From the NCBI GenBank assembly GCA_965234645.1, contig OZ248344.1, positions 3,485,673 through 3,549,672 of the forward strand: a stretch of DNA of 64,000 nucleotides. The letters are read 5' to 3'. Below the pieces are notes generated by a model. That model ran no database searches. It was not told where the DNA came from and saw only the letters and a program-made list of their open reading frames with translations. The translations under genes and the position numbers were made by a program. Shown piece after piece: positions 1-9,933 of the stretch. The stretch is from Rivularia sp. (in: cyanobacteria). GTDB taxonomy: Bacteria > Cyanobacteriota > Cyanobacteriia > Cyanobacteriales > Nostocaceae. Numbering within the stretch: position 1 is the first letter of the stretch; each line of letters opens with the position of its first letter.

Positions 1-47
1 ATTGGACTATTAGTTTGAGTATTGCTAACGATTTTGGCGATTTTTGA
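1..47 (+). CDS. 3' end of upstream gene (partial), probably BREX PglZ
   Basis: Frame from nt 3 reads WTISLSIANDFGDF-stop (TGA 45-47). Position directly before brxL matches the pglZ-brxL order of type 1 BREX; only 14 residues are visible. Confidence 0.45.
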   Translation, partial: WTISLSIANDFGDF

Positions 48-94
48 TAATTATAGATAAAACATAAAGTACTTTAAAACTTGTATCGCTTTCT

Positions 95-2113
95 ATGGAT
101 GACCTCAACCACAAACTCAACAGCATTTATCCCGGAAAGGTGGTACGCAAAGACCTCACCAAGCGGATAAAAGAAGGTGCCAACGTACCCGTATACGTCT
201 TAGAATACCTACTGGGAATGTACTGCGCTACAGACGATCGAGTTACCATCGAAGAAGGTGTCACCCGTGTTAAAAATATCCTTGCTCAAAACTACGTTCG
301 TCCCGACGAAGCGGAACAAGTAAAATCCAAAATTCGGGAATTGGGACGGTTTACCATCATTGACAGAGTAACGGTAACACTCAACGAAAAAGAAGATATG
401 TACCAAGGTACTTTGATGAACCTGGGGATAAAAGGTGTAGTTATTGACCCGGAAATTGTCAAAGTTAACCAAAAGTTGCTGGGTGGCGGTATTTGGTGTA
501 TTTTGCAGCTAGAATACGAAGCTGGAATCAAACCCAGTCCCTTCATTGTCACCAGTCTCAAACCCATCCAAATGCCTAATGTGGAGATGGAGGAACTATT
601 CGCAGGTCGTGCCAATTTTACCCGCGATCAATGGATCGATGTCTTAATTCGCTCCGCAGGTTTAGAACCTACCACCTTTGAACCAGAAATAAAATGGCAT
701 TTACTCGCCCGTTTAATCCCGCTATGCGAAAATAATTATAATTGTTGCGAACTCGGTCCGCGTTCCACGGGAAAATCTCACGTTTACAAAGAAGTTTCCC
801 CTAATTCAATTTTGGTGTCCGGTGGTAAAACTACAGTAGCCAACCTATTTTACAATATGTCCACCCGTCGCATCGGTTTGGTGGGTTTATTTGACGTAGT
901 TGCTTTCGATGAAGTTGCTGGTATCAGCTTCCACGACAACGACGGTGTACAAATAATGAAAGATTACATGGCTTCCGGTTCCTTTGCACGGGGAAAAGCC
1001 GAAATTACCGCTACCGCATCAATGGTATTTGTAGGTAATATCAACCAAAGCGTCGAATCTTTGGTAAAAACTTCCCACCTGCTGGCACCTTTTCCCGAAG
1101 CAATGATCGATACGGCATTTTTTGACCGCTTTCACGCATATATTCCCGGTTGGGAAATTCCTAAATTTAGTCCAGAAAACTTCACCAACCAGTACGGTTT
1201 TATTGTAGATTATTTAGCCGAGTGGTTGCGGGAAATGCGTAAACGCAGCTTTGCTGATGCTATCGATCCTTATTTTCGCTTGGGCAATAATTTAAAGCAA
1301 AGAGATGTACAAGCAGTTCGTAAAACTGTATCTGGATTATTAAAATTAGTTTTTCCCGATGGTTCCTACAACAAAGAAGATATTCGGGAAGCCTTAGTTT
1401 ATGCGCTACGAGTGCGACGACGGGTAAAAGAACAACTCAAAAAAATTGGTGGGATGGAATTTTATGATGTGCATTTTAGCTACATTGACTTAGAGACAAT
1501 GGACGAATATTTTGTCTCCATCCCCGAACAAGGTGGTTCTAGTTTAATTAGTCAGGAAATATTAACTCCCGGTCATTTGCATTTTATTAGCACCGGAGAT
1601 AGCGGTATTATTGGTGCTTTTAAACTCGAATCGCAAGTAATACCGGGTAACGGCAAGTTAACACGTACAGGTGTCGCAAACACAGCCAAAATTAAAGATA
1701 GTGCCAATATTGCTCTCAATTATTTTAAGGCGATCGCGCCACGAATTAGCAGTAGCATTTACCCGAATAATTATGATTTCTTATTACAGCTACTTGACTT
1801 ACAAGGGGTAGGAATACCCGCAGAAAGTGGACTAGCTTTATTTATTTCTTTATGTTCGGTAACACTCAAACGCAGCGTCCAAACCCAACTTGCTATCTTT
1901 GGTGAAATGACTTTAGGAGGTACAATTACCCCCGTGAATAATTTGGCTGGAAGCTTACAAGTTGCATTTGACGCAGGTGCAAAACGTATTTTATTACCAA
2001 TGTCCAATGCTGTCGATTTAGTCAGTGTTCCACCAGAATTATTTGCTAAATTCCAAACTTCATTTTATGCTGACCCTGTAGATGCAGTTTATAAAGCATT
2101 AGCAGTAGATTAA
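95..2113 (+). CDS. brxL: BREX system Lon-like AAA+ protein BrxL
   Basis: 672 aa. N-terminus GKVVRKDLTKRIKEGANVPVYVLEYLLGMYC, Walker A ELGPRSTGKS, Walker B VAFDEVAG, DTAFFDRFH, C-terminal Lon-like domain (GEMTLGG..AFDAGAKRILLP). Confidence 0.93.
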   Translation: MDDLNHKLNSIYPGKVVRKDLTKRIKEGANVPVYVLEYLLGMYCATDDRVTIEEGVTRVKNILAQNYVRPDEAEQVKSKIRELGRFTIIDRVTVTLNEKEDMYQGTLMNLGIKGVVIDPEIVKVNQKLLGGGIWCILQLEYEAGIKPSPFIVTSLKPIQMPNVEMEELFAGRANFTRDQWIDVLIRSAGLEPTTFEPEIKWHLLARLIPLCENNYNCCELGPRSTGKSHVYKEVSPNSILVSGGKTTVANLFYNMSTRRIGLVGLFDVVAFDEVAGISFHDNDGVQIMKDYMASGSFARGKAEITATASMVFVGNINQSVESLVKTSHLLAPFPEAMIDTAFFDRFHAYIPGWEIPKFSPENFTNQYGFIVDYLAEWLREMRKRSFADAIDPYFRLGNNLKQRDVQAVRKTVSGLLKLVFPDGSYNKEDIREALVYALRVRRRVKEQLKKIGGMEFYDVHFSYIDLETMDEYFVSIPEQGGSSLISQEILTPGHLHFISTGDSGIIGAFKLESQVIPGNGKLTRTGVANTAKIKDSANIALNYFKAIAPRISSSIYPNNYDFLLQLLDLQGVGIPAESGLALFISLCSVTLKRSVQTQLAIFGEMTLGGTITPVNNLAGSLQVAFDAGAKRILLPMSNAVDLVSVPPELFAKFQTSFYADPVDAVYKALAVD

Positions 2114-2120
2114 ATATCAA

Positions 2121-2720
2121 TTAAACATCAAGCATTAAAGCCAGATAAGATCCAAAACCATCACTAAGGAGTTGTTCGCGCAACACCGATGGTATTGGTA
2201 TTGACCGAATTTCATAATTCCCTCTTTGTGAGGAGGGCTGCAAAAGTCCAGCATTGACTAAAACTTTCACTGTACTACTGATTACTTTTTTATAAGTAGA
2301 ATCCGACCAAGCTGCTATTGTACTTTGCTCTCGTTTACCTTCAAAGAAAGTTCGCAAATCAGCCGCAGTCACAACATAATCAAAAGCGTTGATTTTATCT
2401 AACAAAATTTCCGCAATTAATTCTCGTAACAGACGATGCTCTCGCAAAATCAAGAACAAAATAGTATATCGACGGATATCAATATTACCAGTAGCAATTA
2501 TCTTGACGTAACTTTCCGGTACTTGGTGCAGACGCTTGAGTATAGTTTGTAACGCTTGTTCGCGGGAAGCTTGAGAACGTAATTGAAATAAATCCTCCAC
2601 CAAAACCTGCCGACGAATATCATCTTCAGTTGCTCCTTGGTGGATTAACTCAGCAACTGTCACAGTTTCCGTTAGTACAAAAGCATTATTAGTCCGAGCA
2701 GCGTAGGTAGTTTCGGTCAT
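2121..2720 (-). CDS. brxA: BREX BrxA (DUF1819 family)
   Basis: About 199 aa from ATG 2720 (ORF extends to 2747). Pattern EDLFQLRSQAS..ILKRL..LLRELIAEIL..FFEGKREQS..WSDSTYKKV..LVNAGLL; adjacent to brxL. Confidence 0.82.
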   Translation of the reverse strand: MTETTYAARTNNAFVLTETVTVAELIHQGATEDDIRRQVLVEDLFQLRSQASREQALQTILKRLHQVPESYVKIIATGNIDIRRYTILFLILREHRLLRELIAEILLDKINAFDYVVTAADLRTFFEGKREQSTIAAWSDSTYKKVISSTVKVLVNAGLLQPSSQRGNYEIRSIPIPSVLREQLLSDGFGSYLALMLDV

Positions 2721-3365
2721 AAGGGAAAAACGAAAATCCAGAACCAATACTTTAGATACAAATACTAACTTTGCCTTATTTGTGAAAAAGTATCCAGTAT
2801 TTCCTTGAGGAAATATATTGAAGTTTGTACGCGATTTGCCGTAGGTGGTAGTGCTGAACGCGATCGCTCTAGTTAATTAGGAGTGATACTGGCGATATTG
2901 GGATTGCGATTAAGTCGGCGATCGCATATCTTAAATGGCGGTAATCCTTACGCAACAATGAATTTACCAGCTTATCCGAAACGGATTTTGGCTTGATAGA
3001 CTTTATTTTTTGCTGCAAGCTTCTTGTTTGTTGGAAACGAACATTTTTTCTGAGTCTTCAATCCTTTTTTACAAACTAGTATCCCACAAAACTCTATTGA
3101 TCCACCAAGTTAATAGCTGAAAACTTCATCTGTTGAAAATCTGGCTGTGATTTTAAGTTTGCGAAAATTTAATTTAATATCAATCTGTGTTGAACTTATA
3201 AAAACATCTTGAGAGGAGCAATTTGGTGATTAGTCCGAACAGTTACACAGATTTAAAGGGAGGACTGATTTCTTAGTTAATCCTCGTGTCAACAGGAATG
3301 GGGGTAAAATGGGGGTAAGAGAGTATGAAAAGGGTGAAAGTACTGTAGTAGAGTGGTTGAAGTCA

Positions 3366-3409
3366 GACTGAAAATCCTCGTGTCACCAGTTCAAGTCTGG
3401 TTCCTGGCA
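3366..3409 (+). pseudogene. 3' part of tRNA-Phe(GAA); att site of an integrative element
   Basis: GACTGAAAATCCTCGTGTCACCAGTTCAAGTCTGGTTCCTGGCA matches the anticodon arm, T arm and 3' acceptor strand of cyanobacterial tRNA-Phe. The upstream sequence has no D arm or 5' acceptor strand. Confidence 0.88.
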
Positions 3410-3417
3410 TTATCAAT

Positions 3418-3451
3418 GAAACCCTTACAAGCTATAGCTTATAGGGGTTTC
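3418..3451 (+). terminator. Imperfect hairpin downstream of the tRNA fragment
   Basis: GAAACCC..AAGC-TATA-GCTT..GGGTTTC stem-loop. Confidence 0.4.
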
Positions 3452-3636
3452 TTATTTCTACTAAAACCCCGTTTCAGCGATTCGAGGGGTGTAAATTGGG
3501 TGTAAGATTATGCCCGCGTTGAACATTTTTGGACGGGTTTGGACAATTTATTGGGGTAAAGTTGGCGTAAATCAACGAAGCACTGATTTCAAGTCCAGCA
3601 AAGGCAATAGAGAAAATCAGCGATCGCATTTTCTCT

Positions 3637-4020
3637 TTGTCTTCGCGTATGTTTGTTCAGGAGTCACCTGTGGGCTCCCAAAAATCCAGGCATAAAGCAA
3701 GCAAGGGTACTGTCCAAATCAAAACTTCAAATGAGCGCTTGCAACTCGTTTTTAGTTTTGGGGGTAAACGTCATTATTTATCAACGGGTTTTACCGATAC
3801 CAAAGCCAACCGCAAGCTGGCAGAAATGAAAGCCAAGCAAATCGAGTTGGATATTCTCTGCAACAATTTTGATCTCACTTTAGGAAGGTACAAGCCAGAA
3901 TCGCAGCAAGCCATCTTTACACCATTTGCACACAGCGAGAAGTCACCCGTCGAACCTTCTCCAGAAAGTTATGCTTCTTTAGCTGATTTGTGGGACAGTT
4001 ATACTTCTCACGCACTATAG
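3637..4020 (+). pseudogene. Truncated tyrosine integrase, N-terminal arm-DNA-binding (DUF3596-like) part only
   Basis: KASKGTVQIKTSNERLQLVFSFGGKRHYLSTGFTDTKANRKLAEMKAKQIELDI..FDLTLGRYKP is typical of cyanobacterial integrase N-termini. It stops after 127 aa with no catalytic domain. Confidence 0.8.
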
Positions 4021-4045
4021 ATTTCGGATGATTTTATACAAAAAA

Positions 4046-4065
4046 ACCAGCTTCCCACAGCTGGT
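4046..4065 (-). terminator. Putative intrinsic terminator downstream of rqcH
   Basis: ACCAGCT-tcccac-AGCTGGT preceded by an A-run (U-tract on the minus strand). Confidence 0.45.
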
Positions 4066-4339
4066 CTATCATACTTTGTATTAGTGTTGTCTTCTGTGCA
4101 AAATCAAACCCAAATTTTCGCGTTCCCAAAACGGATCGGGTAATGTTTCTTTACAGTCTTTACAGTATTGTAACAGGCAGTACAGAATTTTCCTGAAAAT
4201 TTACCAAAAAAAGATATTTATAGAGATATTCTGCCTCTATCTTTAAGAAGAATTCAATATAACTAGCGAAAGAGAGGGGGGGAAGAGGGGTGAAGATAGT
4301 GAAAAAATTTCTTAATTATTAACTGCTAACTCTTAACTC

Positions 4340-6058
4340 CTAACTTTTGAGAAATTGTGGTTTTCCCCAAAGTATGGTTTCTTGCTTGTAAATAGCAATT
4401 CCTGGTTTGGCTCCTTTTGGTTTATAAACGTGCTTTGGTTCGGTGTAAATGACTGGTACTTGTTCGCTTTGACGAGCGCGGCTATAGTATGCTGCAAGAT
4501 TTGCGGTAAACTGTAAATCATTCTCCTCGGCTATAGCTCCGGGTTCAAGTCTTAGTAGTACGTGACTTCCGGGAATTTCTTGAGCGTGAAACCATAAGTC
4601 GTAATTTCGGGCAACGCGAAAAGTTAATTGGTCATTTTGGCGGTTGTTACGTCCAATTAATACTTCAAAACCGCTTGGTGTTTGATGGCGATAAAAGTTT
4701 GTCGTTGCATCATTTGAACTACGTCTGCGGTATTCCGAATCTTCTAAATATTTTTGGGTAATCAATTCTTCGCGGATTTCTTCCAAAGCCTGTAAATCTT
4801 CATCTGTTTGGTAGTTGTCAATTTGAGAAATTGCAGCTTCTACTTGTTCCAAATATTCAATTTCGGCATTCACTTCTGCAAGTAAAGGTTCTACCGCAGT
4901 ACGAGCGCGTTTGAGTTTTTGATGCTGTTTATAAAGATATTGAGCATTTTGTACCGCGTTTTTATCTGGTTGTAGTTTTATTCTTACTGGTTCGTTTGTC
5001 TCGAAGTCAGCTAAAGTAATTTCTTCCATCCCCGGTTGCCATTCTTGCAGATAAGCCATCAGTAAATCGGCTTTAGTACGATATTCGTCTGCATGAGATG
5101 ACTGCTCTAAGCGTTTATCAAAGGTTTGGGCTTTGGAGCGCAGTTTTTCCAAAATATTGCTTAGTTTTTGAGTAAGCTGGTGCCGTAGCTGAGAAAATAT
5201 CTGTTCGTTGAACTTATCGGTATAGTAGCGATTAAGTAACTCTTGAATATCATCTACTTTTTTAACTGCACCCCAACCGAGTACGGTATAGCCTGTTTCA
5301 GTCCAAGCCGGTTGGAACTTCTCGAATTGCAAAGCTTTGAGCCAAATATGCCATTCCTTAAATAATAAGTGCCATTCCTTAGATGTAAGATTATCGGTTG
5401 TATCCGTACTAATATTTGCAGCTTTTAGCATCGACTCTACCAAAGCGGGAGAAACACCACGATAAATTTTGGGCAACTGACGCTTGATTGCTCCTGGTAT
5501 CAAGCTTACCCTTTCTTGCCAATCTTGTTCTGATTCATCCAAACTGGGGATTTTAGTAGTCAGGCTGGGTGGTTTTTCGTAAACTTCTCCAGTTAAAATA
5601 GGACGAACGCTTGATTTTTTCTGGTTAATTTGACGACCGGCAGTAATAATTATATTCTTGGCATCCGTAAGAATCACGTTGCTGTACTTGCCCATGATTT
5701 CTACATATAAATGATATAAAGCCTGCTCTCCCGGACGACGAGCAAATTGTAAATCAATGGCACGTTCCCAAGGAGCAATTGTCTCAATTGTTACTAATGC
5801 CAAACCACCTAATTGGTGAACCAATTGTTGAGAAAACGTGAATGTATCTGGCGATCGCGGTGGTGGAGAACCGATATGAATGCGAGCAGCTTGGGGATGC
5901 CAAGAAACTTCAAGCCAACCCCGTGATTTAAGAGTACGGAGTGCAATTGCAATAGTGTAGCGATCGCGCTGGTAAACTTGTTCGAGACGTGATGGTAGCC
6001 AGTTAGCACGGATATCGCTGCAAACTGCCAGAAGGGTAGTAAAGTCAAATGTTTGCAC
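4340..6058 (-). CDS. rqcH: NFACT-family ribosome quality control protein RqcH (FbpA/Rqc2 homolog)
   Basis: 572 aa. LYVEIMGKYSNVILTD, coiled coil, NFACT-R domain GRNNRQNDQL..WFHAQEIPGSHVLL..AAYYS. Confidence 0.9.
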   Translation of the reverse strand: MQTFDFTTLLAVCSDIRANWLPSRLEQVYQRDRYTIAIALRTLKSRGWLEVSWHPQAARIHIGSPPPRSPDTFTFSQQLVHQLGGLALVTIETIAPWERAIDLQFARRPGEQALYHLYVEIMGKYSNVILTDAKNIIITAGRQINQKKSSVRPILTGEVYEKPPSLTTKIPSLDESEQDWQERVSLIPGAIKRQLPKIYRGVSPALVESMLKAANISTDTTDNLTSKEWHLLFKEWHIWLKALQFEKFQPAWTETGYTVLGWGAVKKVDDIQELLNRYYTDKFNEQIFSQLRHQLTQKLSNILEKLRSKAQTFDKRLEQSSHADEYRTKADLLMAYLQEWQPGMEEITLADFETNEPVRIKLQPDKNAVQNAQYLYKQHQKLKRARTAVEPLLAEVNAEIEYLEQVEAAISQIDNYQTDEDLQALEEIREELITQKYLEDSEYRRRSSNDATTNFYRHQTPSGFEVLIGRNNRQNDQLTFRVARNYDLWFHAQEIPGSHVLLRLEPGAIAEENDLQFTANLAAYYSRARQSEQVPVIYTEPKHVYKPKGAKPGIAIYKQETILWGKPQFLKS

Positions 6059-6282
6059 AGCGATTGTTGTTTGTTGTAAAAGTGTTTATTTCGGTAAGTA
6101 TAGCTCGATTAAAACCTATGATGCACGTCCTTAGATATAGATATCTTTGAGACGTGCATTTGTTTAATTAGCTTTCTGACTTGAAGAACATATGAAAAAA
6201 CTGTTTAATTGAGGCGATGCAACTCTATTAAATATTAAATCTAAATTAGATAATAGAATAGTTATCGCATCTTATTCTTAAT

Positions 6283-7017
6283 TTACTTCTTCTTTTTTAA
6301 TGCGAAACCAGCCATCCCAGTTATAAATATTGCGCCGATTGTACTGGGTTCGGGTACCTTGGTTGGTGAAGGAGAATTACCAACTTTAATTTGAAAAGCA
6401 TTGTTAGAATCTTTAGGTTTTGTCGCATCCCAAATCATTGATGCTTTACCAGTAATTGTGAAAGGGGAAGATATATCACTAAGTTGCAGATAGTCAATAT
6501 CGCTACTACTAATTCCATTAGAAATTAAATCCCCAATTCCTTTACCGTTAAATATAAGGTTAGTTAAAGAAGTTGTGGTCTTTTCCGAGGCTCTTGTACG
6601 GAAGAAAATGCTGTTTGAACCACCCTTGAGCTTGTCAGTAGTGAGGGTTTTACCGCCGAGCATATAGCTCACTACGCTTCCATCATATTTTAAGCTGAAG
6701 TCATATTCTTCGCCACTTACCCAGTTAAACTGTGTTTCTTCTGCAACTTTGGCACCATCGACTACATCACCATTGATTTTTAATTCTTTGTATTGATTTG
6801 TTCCTCTAGCAGAATCGCCAATTCTTCCTTCAGCAACAAATGTTTCCTTAAATTCTTCGCTTTCAATTAAAGATTTAAAATCTGTATCAGTAAAATTTGT
6901 ATTATTAACTAAAGTCATAGCTTGGGCAGAATTCGGCATCATTAGTAATCCAAAAGCAGTGATACCTAAAGCAAAAATTGAATTACGTGCGTTAGTTTTT
7001 TGATTTAAATTAAACAT
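6283..7017 (-). CDS. Secreted PEP-CTERM sorting-domain protein
   Basis: Signal peptide ending AQA; C-terminal VPEPSTIGAIFITGMAGFALKKKK (PEP, TM helix, basic tail). Confidence 0.88.
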   Translation of the reverse strand: MFNLNQKTNARNSIFALGITAFGLLMMPNSAQAMTLVNNTNFTDTDFKSLIESEEFKETFVAEGRIGDSARGTNQYKELKINGDVVDGAKVAEETQFNWVSGEEYDFSLKYDGSVVSYMLGGKTLTTDKLKGGSNSIFFRTRASEKTTTSLTNLIFNGKGIGDLISNGISSSDIDYLQLSDISSPFTITGKASMIWDATKPKDSNNAFQIKVGNSPSPTKVPEPSTIGAIFITGMAGFALKKKK

Positions 7018-7589
7018 TTTATTTTTTTACTCTGTTATGATTTGCGAAACTAATTAATCATGGAAATAAACATGGTTTAAACCACGATTTGATTCCTATA
7101 AAAGTAGATAGCAAAGAGAAGGAAATTATATGTCTGAGGTTTCAGTTGCTTATGTATCTAGTTAAAACTCTATTAACTCTAATGTCGAGGGAAAATTCTC
7201 TATTTCATTGAAGCTTTTCTTTCAGATTAAATATTTTCACTTCTTCAGGAATAATACTGAAAAAAATCATAAAATCAATAATTGTATATAATTATAGAAT
7301 TAAGTCTCTTTAGCTTTTTCTCAATATAAATACTTAGAATATTATTAGTTAAATATATAATCTTTAAATTTATACGTTTAATTACTATAAAAAAAAGATC
7401 GATAAAATTCTTCATTGAATTTGCCGATCTAAATTTAGAAAGTATTCTCAATAAAATTACTGATAATGGGCAATCGGAAATAACAACCAGTAAAAAATGA
7501 ATTCGTGCCGCGCAATAGATACTAAATTTACTTGCGATGAATTCCATGAAGCAATTACCGATTGCCCAAAATTTTATATTTATAAACTA

Positions 7590-8858
7590 TTAACTGCTTG
7601 CTAACATAGGCTGTTCTACAGATTGCAGCAATAAATTTTTGTAGAGTTCGCCCAATTGCATTGCAACCCCATCCCAGCTAAATTTGGTTTCAACGCGCTT
7701 TCTCGCAGCTTTACCTAATTGTTCGCCCCAAGTAGCATCCAGTAAAATTCGGTCGATCGCATTCGCAAAGGCTGGAGCATCTTGTGGTGGTGCTAACAAA
7801 CCAGTTTCTTCATTCACAACAGTAAACTGAAGTCCACCAACATCGCTTGCAACTACTGGTGTAAAGCTTGCCATTGCTTCGATGGCTACCAGTCCAAAAG
7901 GCTCATAATGACTCGGAACAACGCAAACGTCAGCCGCAGCATAATAATATGGTAAATCTTCCTGACTGATACGACCCGGAAATTCTGTCATCTGACTCAT
8001 TCCCAATTCCGCAACGATATTCTTGATTCGCTCGAATTCATCACCGTCACTGTGTCCAACACGACTACCGCCACAAATCATTAACTTCAAGTCGGACGTA
8101 CCAAATAACTTCGATTGTCCCACTGCACGCACCAAAGTTTCAATCCCTTTACGCGGATCGAAACGTCCTACGTACATTACTACCTTAGTTTCGGGATTAA
8201 TTCCAAGCTGTTTTCTCCCTGTTCTTCTGTCAATACAACCGAAGCGTTCGATATCCGTACCGCAGGGAATTACATCAATATTTCCTTTTGTCGAAACAAG
8301 AGTACGCATATGTTCTTGTTCTTGCGGCGAAGTTGCAACAACTCTTTGTGCCGTTTCTAATATCTGTTTTTCCGTTCCTAAACGAGTACTAGCTACTAAA
8401 GGAACAGTATTTGTAGTGCTGTACTTAACTGCTCCCAGAGAATGGTATGTATGTACGAGCTGACTTTCCTGTTTTTGTCTTAACTGCATACCAACCCAGC
8501 TAGAAAGCCAGTAATTGGTATGAATTAAAGAATATATAATTCCGTTCTGTTCTTGAAATTTAAGAAAATTGTCTACAAATTCTGGTAGGTGCCCAAAAAT
8601 ATTGTCTCGTGGCACAAAATCAACATTACCAGCCTTCAAACGAATTGTTCGACAATTAGGAGAATGCCAAACAACATCTTGCTGCTCTATATCAACTTTG
8701 CGAGTAAACATATCAACTTGCCATCCAAGTTTAGCCAATGCTTCCCCTACATGACGAACGTAAACGTTTTGCCCTCCAGCTTCTTCCTTACCTATTTCAA
8801 TCGCTGGATCGCCGTGGACAGAAATCAAGGCGATGCGTTGTTCTGTTGCAAGGTTCAT
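7590..8858 (-). CDS. spsB: GT4 glycosyltransferase, sucrose-phosphate synthase of the Nostocales glucosyltransferase-domain-only type
   Basis: 422 aa. RIALISVHGDPAIEIGKEEAGGQNVYV, HTNYWLS, VGRFDPRKG, EPFGLVAIEAMA; resembles Anabaena SpsB as I recall it. Confidence 0.72.
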   Translation of the reverse strand: MNLATEQRIALISVHGDPAIEIGKEEAGGQNVYVRHVGEALAKLGWQVDMFTRKVDIEQQDVVWHSPNCRTIRLKAGNVDFVPRDNIFGHLPEFVDNFLKFQEQNGIIYSLIHTNYWLSSWVGMQLRQKQESQLVHTYHSLGAVKYSTTNTVPLVASTRLGTEKQILETAQRVVATSPQEQEHMRTLVSTKGNIDVIPCGTDIERFGCIDRRTGRKQLGINPETKVVMYVGRFDPRKGIETLVRAVGQSKLFGTSDLKLMICGGSRVGHSDGDEFERIKNIVAELGMSQMTEFPGRISQEDLPYYYAAADVCVVPSHYEPFGLVAIEAMASFTPVVASDVGGLQFTVVNEETGLLAPPQDAPAFANAIDRILLDATWGEQLGKAARKRVETKFSWDGVAMQLGELYKNLLLQSVEQPMLASS

Positions 8859-9614
8859 AGTTTGTTGGTTAAGATATGCGATCGATCCAAAGATTAACTA
8901 CGTTGATTCGCGTCAACCCTTAAGACCAAAATCGTTGTAAATGTTTATGTAACTTTTATTTTAATTTAATATGCGATTTTTTTTACATCACTGCTATTAC
9001 TTTTACTCTTGCAATTCCAGTAATATTATTGATTGGTGTAATACTATGAACGCTATATTTTTATCGCTTATTGCTTGTAATACGTCATAGTTCAAGTCCA
9101 AATTCTTACTTAATATTTTTCATTTAAGTATTATTTATAACTCATTTATATTGATTTTAATCATGATAATAATATTTTTTTGTCCTATTTCAAACATTTT
9201 ATTAAGTAAAAATATTTATTTGCTGCAAGTCGAAAAAGTAAATCAACGCTCGTTTTATAGATACAAGATCGCGAATGCCTTCATAAATAGTATGTATTTT
9301 AGTATACATAGTAAAAACTCAAAGATGAATTGTATTTTCCACTACTTTTTAATAAGTACTTACAGAAAATAGCTTACGCAAGAGTTGTGTATTAACAAAA
9401 ACATTAGCTAGTTGAGAAAAATATGTATAGTATATGATTTAGCAATAGTTCATAGAGCATGAACTATTGCTCAACTAGGTAATAATATTTAGGTATCTAC
9501 CTTTGGGATGATTTTTATTACCTATTTATGAATCAAAAGATATTTTCACAAAAAAGTAGGCTGAAAGCCACTATGCAGGATTTATCCCATCTGTTCGAGT
9601 CTTGTTTTGGTAAT

Positions 9615-9779
9615 ATGCCACGAATAAAGTTTCAGCCTTTTAACAAAGTAGCTTTCGATAAGATGAGAGTGCAGTTTAAAGTATTGCCGGGAGTTCGAGA
9701 AAAGCTTAAAACCGTCCCTGACTGGCAAGAACGGTTAAGAGAATTTGTCAATGAATTGGTTCAAAAAGTGGATAAATAG
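9615..9779 (+). CDS. Small hypothetical protein (about 54 aa), ribbon-helix-helix-like
   Basis: ATG 9615 is in frame with ORF 9528-9779. VQFKVLPGVREKLKTVPDWQERLREFVNEL has a beta-strand plus two-helix pattern. Confidence 0.5.
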   Translation: MPRIKFQPFNKVAFDKMRVQFKVLPGVREKLKTVPDWQERLREFVNELVQKVDK

Positions 9780-9933
9780 TAGGCTTTTTCCATATTTAGG
9801 AAGAAATTAGCTTGCAGTTGTTAAAAATTTACCGGGGCAGATGCTTCTACCCAACAGCTAAGACAGCATTGGTAATTAAAAATTAAAAATCATTTGCTTT
9901 GACTTTTAATTTTTAATTTTCTCGAATGATGAA

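Larger units (their letters stand above)
3299..3571. other. Three pairs of 9-bp direct repeats with 11-bp period; putative integrase arm-type sites
   Basis: TGGGGGTAA-aa-TGGGGGTAA (3299-3318), GGGGTGTAA-at-TGGGTGTAA (3486-3505), TGGGGTAAA-gt-TGGCGTAAA (3552-3571), flanking the tRNA fragment. Confidence 0.55.

Noticed and set aside
1771-2010. Active Lon protease function for BrxL
   Set aside because: The Lon Ser-Lys dyad context is not conserved (PAESGL; NNLAGSL lacks Lys), as already known for BrxL, so not novel.
2830-3240. Possible gene relic between brxA and the att site
   Set aside because: Short interrupted frames with no motif I can support.
3330-3409. Intact tRNA-Phe gene
   Set aside because: No 5' acceptor strand or D arm; only the 3' 44 nt match, so treated as an att fragment.
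7275-9372. ORFs 7275-7547 and 9151-9372
   Set aside because: AT-rich intergenic frames with composition-driven I/F/N/K content.
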